From positions 15,122,950 to 15,186,949 of the forward strand of contig NC_134029.1 in assembly GCF_964204645.1 (NCBI RefSeq): DNA of 64,000 bases, read 5' to 3'. Shown here one piece after another: positions 33,346 through 46,644 of the stretch (its first letter is position 1; every line of letters begins with the position of its first letter). The translations under genes and the position numbers were made by a program. The DNA is from Tubulanus polymorphus (taxonomy: Eukaryota; Animalia; Nemertea). The notes beneath the pieces were generated by a model. The model was not told the origin of the DNA and did not search any database. It saw nothing but the letters and a program-made list of their open reading frames with translations.

Positions 33346-34970
33346 TGCAGCTGATTGATGAATCTTTTTAATTGTATTTGTTTTTGGTGGTTCTTCTAAG
33401 AAATCATTTTCAGAATTTAATTTCTTTCTTTTATAATATATTTCTTGTCTATCTTGATCAGTTAATTCTTTATTTAATGATTCAAAATCTCCATATATTA
33501 CAAATGGTACTTTATTCTTGTAATCATATTTTTTTGAATTCTAATATCTTATCTTTTTCATTTGGTAAAATCATTTTACAATAATCATGATTATCACATA
33601 TGATTTAATAATGCACTTCCATTACTGAATTTAGTTATACATTTTCTACATAGATATATTTTATGGTGATCATTTTCTGATTTAAAAAATAAATCAATAC
33701 GTTTTATCCACATATAATGATTCTCGTAATATAATATATCTATAACACCATTTGAATCATAATCTTTTGATAAATACAAAGGTTCTAGTGTAAAATGTTT
33801 TATATTGTTACCTTTTGTATTTGGTAATTTGATTAAATCAAATACATTTATTTTTAGATTACTATCTCTTTCTATTTTTGGTATATTTTTAATTCTAACA
33901 GGATAATTATCTATCTTATAATTATTTTCAAATGGTTTATAATGTGTTAATCTAAAGTATGATGATTATAATCTGCAACTGGGTGTAAACAACTAATTAT
34001 TGTCCATAGAAAACATTTATCATCAAAATTCTGTACATTTATAACAGCATTAGTTTTAAATGGTAATTTGATATAACTTGATCCATCTATATTATCATAT
34101 TTATAATATGATAATTTATTTACATCAATTGGTTTCGATTTAGTTAATAATTTATATTTTGTATTGTATACATGTAAAGTCAGAAATATTATTTCATCAA
34201 ATATTAAACCTGATCCTTCAAAATATTTCTCTTCTATTTTACTTTTTATTTCATTATAACATTTATCTAATCTATCATCTATATGTTGTTTTGAAATAAT
34301 ATGTTGTGAATGAGAATTTATATTATATATTGGTTTATCTTCAGATTTCAAAGATTTAACTTTAGAAGATATACTAATTTTAGGGTATTCTACGTCTGTA
34401 ATTATTTTCATAATATTTTTCATATTTTCTAAATGTTTTTTATTTTCTTCTAATGTTTTACCTTTATGAAATTTAAACACGATAGCAGCTGGTCCAATAT
34501 CACTTTTAAATGCTTCGGTTATTTCAATATCTTTTTTATTATCAATGAATTCATATATAATCTAACATTTTTCATGTATGGTCTTTTATTGTTTAATTTA
34601 TTTTTTATTCTTTTAATCATGCTTTCTTTCTTATCATTGTTTTCATCGAAATAATCTTCACCTAAAATATCATTATTAATATTTCTAATATGATTTTTAG
34701 ATTTTAAATGTTGTTCGTAATATCTTTTGTTACTGAATGATTGATTACATGTATCACATATATATATTTCTTTTCCATTCTTTAATTCATCTAATTTAGT
34801 TTCTAATATATCATCTTTTTATTCTAATTTCAATTTATTCTCTAAGTGAGATTTAGTTTTATTATGTCTTGCTTTTGGAGATTTATCTATATTGATTTTA
34901 CATGTTGGACAGTATTGCTTCCATTTTAATATCAAATTTTTCATTGAAATTGATTTTAGAAGTTATTCAT
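33345..34970 (-). pseudogene. polB: N-terminal part of element B pPolB
   Basis: YCPTC..H zinc finger, YFEGSGL, SYIKLPF, INVQN.D.KCFLW, YLCRKC, YGDFES. Confidence 0.85.
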
Positions 34971-35003
34971 TTATATGTTATTCATTAATATAAAATGATT
35001 AGA

Positions 35004-35149
35004 AGTAATAGGGAATATGGGGGTTCAGGTTGAAGGGGAGAGTGAGTAAAAAATAAAAAAATAAATTCGAGCGTGCGGGAATTTATCTTTTATTTTTTAC
35101 GAGCTCGATCCTTCGACCTTTGGCCTGAACCCCCATATTCCCTATTACT
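35004..35149. repeat. 146-bp imperfect palindrome forming the right terminus of element B
   Basis: 26-bp perfect outer arms AGTAATAGGGAATATGGGGGTTCAGG and ~22-bp inner arms GTAAAAAATAAAA.ATAAATTC. Confidence 0.85.
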
Positions 35150-35624
35150 CCCTCAGAAACAGCCCATCGTCGTAGATTTTGTTCCTTTTTTGGAAAAATC
35201 AAAAACCCCCTTCATCTCCTTAACAAACAGCTCATTTTCACTTACAATAATAAACTTAGTCATAACTTAACTCACAATTCCTGCAAAACGGAACCTTTGA
35301 ACATTGGGGTATACAAAATACCTTGAAAAGTATGTAATAAAATATTTATTTTTGAAACTGGGCGTGATTTGAACAAGCGCCTCAGAGAACATAAAAATGA
35401 CGTAAACAATTTCAAACCCGAGAGTGGAGTAGCTAATCGCGTTTATGAAACTAGTCACATTTTTGATTTTGATAATGCCGCTATAATCTTTCCCTGTCCC
35501 GATAAAACCAAACGTCACATTATGGAATCTGCCCTTATTATTGAAAATATGGATAAATGAGTTAATTTGAATAACGGTTTTTCTCCTCACAATATTTTGA
35601 TCTCTAAATTTCTCGCTTCACTTG
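35150..35624 (+). mobile_element. Penelope GIY-YIG fragment lying between elements B and C
   Basis: GVYKIP*KVC...ETGR.L.KRLREHK...H.FDF...ESALII; continues after element C. Confidence 0.8.
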
Positions 35625-36100
35625 AGTATTTGGAATATCAGGGTTTCAGGCCAGAGGACGAGAGGACGACACACCACTCATCAACACAAGTAATTTTTTT
35701 CTAATAAATAGGAGATAGAAAGGTATTCTTAGGAACAATAAATAACAGAATAAAACCAGCGAAAAAACAATTTGAAATAAAAAAGTAAGTCGATGTTACA
35801 AAGGAAATCGAACACAAAATATTGAAATTAGAAAAGGTAAAAACTAAATATAGCGATAAAATTTCAGCAAATTTAAGCTACTGTAATGTTAGTACAACGC
35901 GAGAATTTAAAGTATTTTTACCTGATAAATGGGTTGCATTGAGTACAGAGGAATTAAAAGATTTAGAGGGATTTAAAATAATCTATCATGGAAAAAATGA
36001 AGACGGGCATCATGATTTAGAAATTGTTGATTAAAAAAATAAATTGATAATAAAATCAATCAAATATTAAGAATCCGAAATGACTTATCTGGCCAATTTG
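35625..36100 (+). repeat. Left long TIR of element C, including a copy of the 108-aa gene (pseudogene 35708-36034)
   Basis: Inverted match to 55897-56372 from AGTATTTGGAATATCAGGG through GAATCCGAAATGAC...CAATTT. Confidence 0.9.
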
Positions 36101-38229
36101 ATTGATCGAGGCGCTGACGAGAACAGTCGATTGCGTTGTGCTGTACAGTGAGTGCGCGTAACAACAGCTGCGCTTGGATAGATCGACGCGGCGAGGCATT
36201 GACGAGAACGGTCTACAGTGCGTTGCTATATATAGTAGTACAGTGATTGTGTACCAGCTGCGCTCGGATAGATCGATGCAGTGAGGCACTAACTGAGACG
36301 GTTTATTGCGTGTTTGTTATACACGGGGGGAAGGTGACTGCACTCGGATGGTCCCGGTTCATTTAATTGTTTCAAAATAGATATATTGTTTAATGAATTA
36401 AAATATTTTTGCTTTTTATAATCACTCATCACTACAAGTAATTTTTTTTCCTAATAAATGGGAGAGAGAGAGTTCCAGACAGAAAACAATGATGTTAATG
36501 AAAATCAATATTATTGCACGTATTGTAAAAAATACATTGATAAATCTAATAAATCTCGGCATGAAAAAACTGCAAATCATATAAAAAATGTTATAGATTT
36601 TGAAACTCCAGAAAATTCCAATGCAAGAAAGGAACAATTAGGAAATATGAATGTGGATGAAATACAATGTGAAGTTTGTAATGAATTAATAGCAAAAAGG
36701 AATTATAAAAGACATCTCGATTCGCAAAAACACAAACAAAATTTAAGTAATAATGTTTTAGGAACAGATTATTTTGATGATAAATCTCAACAAGTGAAAA
36801 AACAGTTTCAAAAACTAAATCTATTTCAAATAAACCTTACATGGAAAATGTTAGAAAGTATATTGATACTCTAGAAATAAAAGATACAATTGAAATTTTA
36901 GAAACATGACGTAGTAAAATTGGTCCTGCAGCTATTATATTTAGATTTTTTAAAGGAGCAACAATAGAAGATTAAAGTAAATTTATTGAAATAATGGAGA
37001 AAATACTAGATTTGGTAACAGATGTTGAATATCCAAAAATTAGTATTTCTTGAAAAGTAAGTTTAATCAAATCAGAAGAAAAAATGGATTATAATATTCG
37101 AACACACTCTGACGAAATAATTTCAAAAACACAAATAAAAGAGAAATTAGAAAAAATATTTAATGTATTTAAACGTCATATTGAGGAAAGATATTTTGAG
37201 GGTTCTGGTTTAACATTGAATGAAATAATTTTTTTTAGATTTAAATGTTTATAATACAAAGAAATAAAGCATAAAAAAGTAAAACAATGTTTAAAAATGA
37301 TTCAAACTTTACAACAGAAAAGGATATTAAAGCAACAAGTTATATCAAATTACCATTTACAACAAAAGCAGTAATAAATGTTCAAAATGAAGATAATAAA
37401 TGTTTTCTATGTTCAATTATTAGTTGCTTACATCCAACAGAAGAACATGTTTATAGAATAACAGATTACCGGAAATATGAAACATTATATAAAATTGATC
37501 AATATCCAGTAACTATAAGAATGATTCCTAAATTAGAAAAAGTTAATAATTTAAAAATAAATGTATTCGAATTAATGCAATTACCAGATACAAAAGTTGA
37601 AAATATTAAAGATTATACATTAGAAGCTTTATATTTAACAGGTTATTATGATGATGAAAATGTTATAGATTTGTTATATTACAAAAAAGATGAAAATGAA
37701 CATTTTATGTGGTTAAAACAGATTATTCTTTAGAACAGAAAGTGATCATCATAATAAAATATATCTATGTAGAAAATGTTTATCTAAATTTATGACAGAA
37801 AATGCGTTACTAAAACATAAAGAATTATGTGATACTAAAGATTTTTGTAAATTAATAATGCCAACAAAAAAAGATTGTAAGTTGAAATAACTAATCATAA
37901 ATTTAAAAATATAGCTGCAAAGCAGCGATAACGGGTTTTCTGCACAGTCTTAGAATCCTGTTCAACGGTGGATTTCGACATAGCATTTTATAAGGCACAA
38001 CATCAGCCATTACTAACTAAACAGGCTATTAGGAAACAGTATCAATGATAGGTCGCCCAAATGGCTCAGCAGTTATCTCTGAACGAAAACTTGTAGCCGA
38101 AATCAACGGAACGCCTCATTTTGGAATAAGTCGGTCTAACTAGTGTAGTCACGCAAGGTAGTATCCTAGGTCGTCTTCTGTTTAATGTCCTGACAAATGA
38201 CATACACAGTAATCTAAAATATACCAGAC

Positions 38230-38811
38230 CGAGTAAATTTCCCAAACGAACTTAACACGCTGTTCGACCAAAAACTTAATGTTCCGACAAGAAAATCGTG
38301 TTCGAGTGAAAACAATTCAGTTTGGTTGAACAATACGCTTTTTTTGAACCAAAACTTTCTTCATTCTGACAAAAAAATATGTTCGAATGAAAAGCTATGT
38401 AATTGTTGAAATGAAATCTTTTTGTCCCGGCAAAAAGATTTGGTTGAGCAAAAACAATTTTTTCGACCGAATGTTTGAATGAAAACAATTCTGTTCGATT
38501 GAACGAAATACTTTTGGTTTGGAGAAAAAACTTTTTACAATATACTTGTTCGAATGAAAAACTTAATGTTCTGACAAGAAAATATTCTGTTCAAATTAAA
38601 ACGATTCTGTTTGATCGAACGATTGTTCGAACGAAAAACTTTTCGTTTGGAAAAAAAAAGTTTGTTCAACTTTGTTCTAACGATTTTTCAAATTGGTTCA
38701 ATCGAAAAGAATATTATTGGTTGGAACGAAATAAATTTTGTTCCGACGAAAGAATTTTCAAGCGAAAAAGGTCTTTTGAACGAAAAAAAGATATTTCTGG
38801 GGCTCCGCAGT
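38230..38811. repeat. TTCGA-rich short-repeat MITE-like sequence
   Basis: Numerous TGTTCGA/TCGAAC units, low complexity. Confidence 0.45.
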
Positions 38812-38814
38812 AAC

Positions 38815-39139
38815 TTAAAGCCGGACGTAGGTCGGCCTTGTGACGCGATGCGATCCTCGCGTTGCATCGCAAGTTTTGGTGCAAGTCGGTTGCGATACGA
38901 TTGTGTGCAACTAGTTTCAACCAGTCGCAAGAGCGCGTAGGTCGGTTGTCACAGGCGTGTCGCGTCGCAGAAAGTAGAACACGTGTGACTCCTTGAAACT
39001 GGCGATGCTGACAGTCGCAACCCTTCGCAAGGGAGCGTAGGTCGATGAGTCGTTGTGACACAATCGTCGCTGGCGGTCGCAGTGAATGGCGTCGCAGTGA
39101 GTCACAAGCCGTCGCAAAGCCGACCTACGCCCGCCTTAA
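38815..39139. mobile_element. MITE (PIF/Harbinger-like)
   Basis: TTAA-AGCCGGACGTAGGTCGGC...GCCGACCTACGCCCGCC-TTAA inverted termini, GTCGC-rich interior. Confidence 0.65.
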
Positions 39140-41046
39140 CTCATTAGGAATTAATGAAATACCAGGTTCATTTATGATGCAAAAACTCAAATGAAAAGTC
39201 TGGCTTATAAAGCTGTCTGCTCAGACGACATTTTCAAAAAAAATCTTCATTTTTGCCAATGAAATAGATAATTGTGATTGATCGTTGCAAGTCAGAACCA
39301 GTTAATCACTAATTAACATGCATTTTAATAAATCTGGTTCCTCCTATACAGTGAACTTAGCTTTAACCTAGTAGAGGCTACTAGCCTATGTAGGCCTATG
39401 TATATGCGTAGGCCTAACATCCGGACTGATTTGTCGTAGGCCTATTGAATAACAACCCTCCTAAATATCGTAAATTTTGTTTTGAAGTTCAATCCAATGA
39501 GTCCGTTAATAACCGCAACATTTATACTGTCTTTGTTTGAGACAGTAAATGTCAGTACCGGTAGGCCTAAAGCCTTAAGGTCGCGTAAAACTCGACACAG
39601 CGAACGATCTCCTTTCCCCCACAGCGAACGCTTACTCCGAATGTCAAGTGTGAGTCCAACATACGGATAAGAGTGTTTTATATACTTGTATTTAGTAAAT
39701 ACCTTGTGCATTTGACAATGATCGGTATGTACTGTAGGAAATATAGAGAATTGATGGTATTGATATAGAGGTTGAAGCCCGCGGCCGAATAAAGTAATAT
39801 ATTCTTTTATTTTGATACCTCGTCGACATAACAGTTTCTCTCCGCTATATCCCTTCGGCGTGTTTAGTTTAGGTCTACGACTCCCCGGTACACTAAAGAT
39901 TATCTTAGTAAATACACGGTTAATTTGGTAAAGAAAAATAGGTATCATTAAACTAACTCCTTGAAACCCGCAGCCAAATCACTGATAGTAACCAAATTAA
40001 TTTGTACTCGATTTGATTCTCATGCTGAGGAGAAACTCGCAGCTGATCCCCGGAACGACGATGTAGTGACACACGTCGATTCGTCGATGTGTACGGCTCG
40101 AAAGTGCTTTTAAAATCTAAAGTAGTAAATTTCCAGTGTATCGGTAATATGATTTGATGAGGAAAGTGGGCTATTGTTAAAATTACTGTTTGAAGACCGC
40201 GGCTGAATGTGAAGTCTCTGGCAATAAATTAGTTCATTTATACTTGAATTGATAATCGAAGTGACAATTGGCCTGCGGGTTTATTTCGGGATGACGACTC
40301 GAAAAACATGTAGCCCCATTGAATGGGGCTAAATTTTCAATGTTGACAGTGCTTTTGTAACGATGATTCGTGAAAAAACACGCGGAGTATTTGTAGATCT
40401 CAGTGAGCTGAACGATATCATACGGATTGTATCGACAACAGCGGCAAGGTAACAAAGCCTTAGTTCTTTTAGTGAAAATAGTGTGACATAAAATAATAAA
40501 TATAGCTGCAAAGCAGCGATAACGGGTTTTCTGCACAGTCTTAGAATCCTGTTCAACGGTGAATTTCAACAAAGCATTTGATAAGGCTCAACATCAACCA
40601 TTACTAAAAAGGCTATTAGGAAACAGTATCAATGATAGGTCGTTAAAATGGCTCAGCAGTTATCAAAATAGTGTGACTTAAAATAATAATAAGAAGAAAC
40701 ACGCGAATCTCAATAGGGTTTTCTGTGATGTAACAGAAAACCCTAAATATTGTTTCATTTGTAATTCATGGGGATTTTGAATCGTTGAATAAAGAATTAA
40801 CTGATCAAGATAGAAAAGAAATATATAACAAAAAGCAATTTTTAAAATCAATGGATAAAGGAAAAGAACTAAATGAAGATATAATTCAAGACCCACCAAT
40901 CATTAATACAATTAAAAAAGTTCATCAAAGAGCTGCTGCTTATGGAATTTATATAAAATCAAATTATCCTGAATTATATGAAAGTCAATATATTTCTTTT
41001 AGAGGTGAAGATGTAGTTAATGATTTTTGTAACAAAATAATTGAAT

Positions 41047-42815
41047 TAGAAAGTGATTTTGCACAATTATTAAACAAATATAAAAGAATGATTATGACAA
41101 AAGAAGATGAAATTGATTTTAATTATGCAACTCATTGTTATAAATATCGTGGAGCTGCTCATGAAGATTGCAATTTACAAGCTAAGAAAGTTAATTTCGT
41201 ACCAATATTATTTCATAATTTATCAGGATATGATACCCATCTATTTATAAAACAATTATTAGGAAAATTGGGCGCAATTAATCAAGAAATAGAAGAATAT
41301 AATGCTATGAATGAAGCAAATGTAAGAAAATATGATCTTAAACTATTAGCTAAGACATCTGAAAATTATATTTCATTTCAATTTGGTTGCATTAGATTTT
41401 TAGATTCTTATAGATTTCTAGCAAGTTCATTAGATAATTTAGCAAAAAGTTTAGTTGATAATGATTTTATAATAACTCGACATTATTACCCAAATGAACA
41501 AGATTTTAAATTATTGAGATATAAAGGCGCAATTCCTTATTCATTTTATTAAACACGTGATGATTTTAATGTAACAGAATTATTAAAAGAACAATTTTAT
41601 GATCAATTAAAAGAGGAGTATGTGAACGATGAAGTGTTTAATAGAACATTAAATATTTGGAATCACTTTAAGATAAAAAATCATGGTGAATTAGTAGATT
41701 TATACTTAAAATCAGATGTTATGATATTGGCTGACATATTTGAAAAATGTTAGAGAAGTTAATTTAAATCATTTTAATGTTGATCCTTGTTATTGTTACT
41801 CTAGTCCTGGTTTAACTTGGCAATGTGGTTAAAAATATACAAATTTAGAATAAGATTTATTAAAAGAACCAGACATGGTTTTATTATTTGAAAAATCAAT
41901 TAGAGGTGGAATTAGTGGTGTTATGGGAGATAGAAAGTGATTTTGCACAATTATTAAACAAAAATAAAAGAATAATTATGACAAAAGAAGATGAAATTGA
42001 TTTTAATTATGCAACTCATTGTTATAAATATCGTGGAGCTGCTCATGAAGATTGCAATTTACAAGCTAAGAAAGTTAATTTCGTACCAATATTATTTCAT
42101 AATTTATCAGGATATGATACCCATCTATTTATAAAACAATTATACGAAAATTGGGCGCAATTAATCAAGAAATAGAAGAATATAATGCTATGAATGAAGC
42201 AAATGTAAGAAAATATGATCTTAAACTATTAGCTAAGACATCTGAAAATTATATTTCATTTCAATTTGGTTGCATTAGATTTTTAGATTCTTATAGATTT
42301 CTAGCAAGTTCATAAGATAATTTAGCAAAAAGTTTAGTTGATAATGATTTTATAATAACTCGACATTATTACCCAAATGAACAAGATTTTAAATTATTGA
42401 GATATAAAGGCGCAATTCCTTATTCATTTTATTAAACACGTGATGATTTTAATGTAACAGAATTATTAAAAGAACAATTTTATGATCAATTAAAAGAGGA
42501 GTATGTGAACGATGAAGTGTTTAATAGAACATTAAATATTTGGAATCACTTTAAGATAAAAAATCATGGTGAATTAGTAGATTTATACTTAAAATCAGAT
42601 GTTATGATATTGGCTGACATATTTGAAAAATTTTAGAGAAGTTAATTTAAATCATTTTAATGTTGATCCTTGTTATTGCTACTCTAGTCCTGGTTTAACT
42701 TGGCAATGTGGTTAAAAATATACAAATTTAGAATAAGATTTATTAAAAGAACCAGACATGGTTTCATTATTTGAAAAATCAATTAGAGGTGGAATTAGTG
42801 GTGTTATGGGAGATA
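41047..42815 (+). repeat. 884-bp tandem duplication within element C polB
   Basis: TAGAAAGTGATTTTGCACAA at 41047 and 41931; junction at TAGA microhomology. Confidence 0.9.
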
Positions 42816-43654
42816 GACATTTTAAAGCAAATGATGAATATAAATTAGTATATATTGACGCTAATAATTTATATGGTTGGGCAATGTTGCAACATCAACC
42901 ATACAAAAATTTTATGTTAACTGAAGTTGAAAATGATGATAAAACTAATTGGGAAAGCGCAATTATGAGTTTAGAAGATGAAGCACCAATTGGTTATTTC
43001 TTTGTAGTTGATTTAGAATATCCTGATAACATAAAGTTTAAAACAAGAAACTTACCATTTTGCCCAGAACTTTTAGCCGTAGATGATAGTTATTTAAGTG
43101 AATACCAGAAGAAAATAAAACCGAAAGATCATGTTTTTACAGAAAAATTAATACTTAGTCAAAATAATAAATACAATTATATTGTCCATTATAGAATGTT
43201 AAAATTTTATCTAGAACAAGGAATGAAATTAACGAAAGTACATAGATATATTGAATTTAATCAATCGAAGTGGTTAGAAAAATATATAGATTTTTATACT
43301 CAACAGGGAACCATATCAAAAACAGATTTTGAAAAAGATTTCTTCAAATTAATGAATAATAATAGTTTTTATGGAAAAACATGTGAAAATATTAGAAATA
43401 GAAATGATATTGAATTAGTAAATAATTCTGAACGATTAAGAAATTTACAATCAAGCCCTAGACATTTAGGAAATAAAAGATTTGAAGATTATTTAACCGC
43501 GGTACAATTAAAAAGAACGTCAATGAAATTTAATAAACCTATATTCATTGGTTCAACTGTATTAGAAATATCAAAATTATTAATGTATGATTAATATTAT
43601 AATGTTTTACAACCACTTTTTGGGAAAAAGCATATTGAAATATTATGTTTTGAT

Positions 43655-44703
43655 TCTGTAACAGCTGATACCCCGATATTATTAAAATACAATAACCAAA
43701 TATTAATTAGAAGAATTTCAGAAATAATTCCAAAACAAAATGAACTTTATAATTCATATGGTGAAAAAGAATTAATACAAATAAATGGATTAATGTATTT
43801 TTGGACAAGAAATGGTTGGAAAAATTAAAGAATATTATTAGGCATAAAACAAATTAGAAAATCTATAGAGTTAGGGTTTGTAGATGTTACAGAACATCAT
43901 AGTTTAATTAAACGAAATGGTGATGAAATAAAACCAACTGATATAAAAATTGGGGATGAATTATTACATAAAAGATTTTATCCAAGAATGAATCATATGT
44001 CATTTGATGAAATAATTGATAATATTTGTAATATAGAACCAGAAACATTGGAAGAAAAAAAATATTTCATTAAAGGATTTTTTATGGGTGATGGTTCAGC
44101 AGGTGTGTATAATTATGTTTGGGTTATGGTGAATATGGTTGGTATTTATGCAATCAAGATTTGAAATTATTAGAAAGAATTAAGAAATACTGTGGAGAAG
44201 TTTTCTCAAATAAAACATTTAGAATCGTGGATCATATGAAATCATCGGCAGTTTATAGAATACTCGTGAATAACCCTAAAGATTTTGCAATTAAATATAA
44301 TGATGAATTCTATATTCATGTAATAGTTAAAAGTAATACTTCAACTAAAGAAAAGATAGTACCAGATTATGTATTAAATGCGAAAGATAATTTAAGAAAA
44401 TGGTTCTTCATTGGATTCTATGCTGCAGATGGCACTAAAAATGTACAAAACAGAAAACTATATCTTTGATACAAAAAGGGAAAGTTGCTATATCAGGATT
44501 AAATATACTATGCAGCTCATTAGGATTTAATACGTTGGTTAATATTAGAAAGGATAAATTTATTTCAATTAGCGCATGTAGAAAATGAACTAACTGAAGA
44601 AGTTAGAAATTTATTTGAAATATATAACCCAACAGATTATGTTTATGATTTATCAACTGAAGATGGAACATTTAACTGTGGATTTCCATTAATCCTCTTA
44701 AAT
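43655..44703 (+). mobile_element. Degenerate copy of the PolB intein
   Basis: CFD|SVTADTPILL...FIKGFFMGDGS...FFIGFYAADGT...VYDLSTEDGTFNCG..N|IDA. Confidence 0.9.
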
Positions 44704-45154
44704 ATAGATGCTTACATACTAAAAATCAAGACAAATGACATAACAAAAGACTTAAAAACATTAAAACATCATTTTGACTTAAGAAATTATCCAAAAGATC
44801 ATGAACTATTTAGCAATGATAATAAAACAATTCCGGGTAAATTTAAATATGAATTAGGGGTGATGAAATGATTGAATTTGTTGGGATAAGAAGTAAAATG
44901 TATAGTTATAGAACAAAAGATCATGAAGCTAAAAAGTTAAAAGGAATCACAAAGCATGTGGTTGACAAACATATAGAATTTCAAGATTATATTAAGTGTT
45001 TATATAACTCAATAGTTATGAAACATAAAATGAATTGTTTAAGATCAGAAGATCACGAGATGTACATTAATGAAGTTGAAAAAACTAGCTTAAATCCATT
45101 CGACGATAAGAGACATATTTTGGATGATGGAATAAAAACATTTCCTTATGGCCA

Positions 45155-46576
45155 TTAATCATTAATATTTCTATGAAATTGTTTCATTATGAATAAATCA
45201 TTATCTTCTGAATCATCATCTTCTAATTCTTCATCTTCTAAAATTTCTATATTTTGTTCATTAATACATTCAATTAAACATCTATAACTTTCAATCATTA
45301 GATGTTCTTCATTTTCATCTGATTGTTTTTCTATAATTTCTTCAGGTTCTTCCATTTCATTTTCATTTTCATTATATTATTCCACATTTCATCTAGCTCT
45401 TTTTGTTTCTTTTTGTTCGTTAATTCATCAAATGGAATTATTATATCGATGTTTAAAAAATTTACAATCTTATTTAAACAGAATTCATAATTAATTGAAT
45501 CTGTTATTTTATTATCCACATAATATTTTGATATGTTTGTGAATGTTTCTTTTATATTTTCCATATCTTCTTTTGTTAATTTAGGTTTTTTATAATAATC
45601 GGTAAATAATAAATATAAATACATTTTCTTTTCTTTTGTGTTAAATGTTGATGGAATAATTGTTTTTATTATATCTTTCTTAGTTATTTCACCATTTTTA
45701 TTTTCTATCATTCTCATTTTTTCAAGCCATTGCTTATATTCTGGTGTATGATCTTCCATAGAAAATATTTTAAACATTTCATCTAGATAATTTAATTTTG
45801 GTTCTATAAGAATATCTCTAGTTTTTTCATCACCCCATGAATTTCTTTGCCATTCACCTTCATTACAAAATATCACAGAATTTTCTTGTCTTAAGTACTC
45901 ATAAATACATTGTGGGCATTTTTTTCTATCATATCTTGGTAATAGATCTTCATTAAGTTCTTGGTATTTACTTACGTTTTCTTTATGTTTTATTGTTCTA
46001 TTATGTAGATTTGAATTACTTGTTGTAATAATCAATTTACAATATTTGCAATAACATGTTTTTCTTGCTAATTCATTATATTGTTTTTCTAACTTTTCAA
46101 GTGTTTCTTCATTATCTGGTAACGTTTTCTCATATTTTATTTTTTCTAATATTTTATTTTTTTTTTCATTAAATTCGGTTTCAAATTTACTAGAAATTTT
46201 ATCTATATGTACTTTAAGAAATTGATGATTCTCCCAATCTTCTATATTTTCGGGGCTATATTTTATTCGACAATACTCACATAAATGATCTAATATAATT
46301 CTTATCATAGAATAGGAAAGGTCTTTTCCAAATAATTTCAGGTTCAGTTTCAACAGAATTACTATTATTTTCGTTACTATCAACATTAACCGTTGAGTCA
46401 TTAATTTTACACTTCTCTAAATGTTTTTTAACATAATTTCTTGAGAATAATTTATTACAATTTGGGCAGTTTGTTTTAGGGGGTTAGTCATTTTTATCAT
46501 GTTTTTTCATATGTCTAGCCATATTACTTTTTCTTTGAAGTTCCCCACAAATTTCACATGGTATCTTTTCTTCCAT
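45155..46576 (-). pseudogene. Element C zinc-finger protein
   Basis: Homologous to 17618-18930; frameshifts; different acidic C-terminus. Confidence 0.8.
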
Positions 46577-46644
46577 TTATTTAGGAAAGATTTTATTGAA
46601 ATTAATTTTTAGTGATTCGAGGTAATTTTTTTGTGTTATAAGTA

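Larger units (their letters stand above)
25544..35149 (-). mobile_element. Divergent, deleted Polinton element B (left end not found)
   Basis: Homologues of the 202-aa, TM122, ATPase (fragment ~27030-27080), MCP, coiled-coil and pPolB N-terminal genes; right terminus ...CCCTATTACT. Confidence 0.85.
37909..40746 (-). mobile_element. Helentron-associated non-autonomous element (HINE/DINE-1-like) with duplicated 3' end and cargo
   Basis: Minus strand: 5' subTIR GGGTTTTCTG with nearby IR hairpin, 3' subTIR CAGAAAACCC followed by GCTGC-TTT-GCAGC stem-loop; 3' end present twice (37909-38077, 40499-40664); interrupts PolB at an AT-rich site. Confidence 0.7.
36458..45158 (+). pseudogene. polB: Element C pPolB with intein, HINE insertion and 884-bp tandem duplication
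   Basis: ORF fragments 36458, 37287, 40785, 42758 (YIDANNLYG, KLMNNNSFYGK), 44119 and 44868 are collinear with A. Confidence 0.93.

Noticed and set aside
38276-40572. Several 62-168 aa ORFs
   Set aside because: They overlap MITE or HINE repeats on both strands, with no motifs and no TAAATG context
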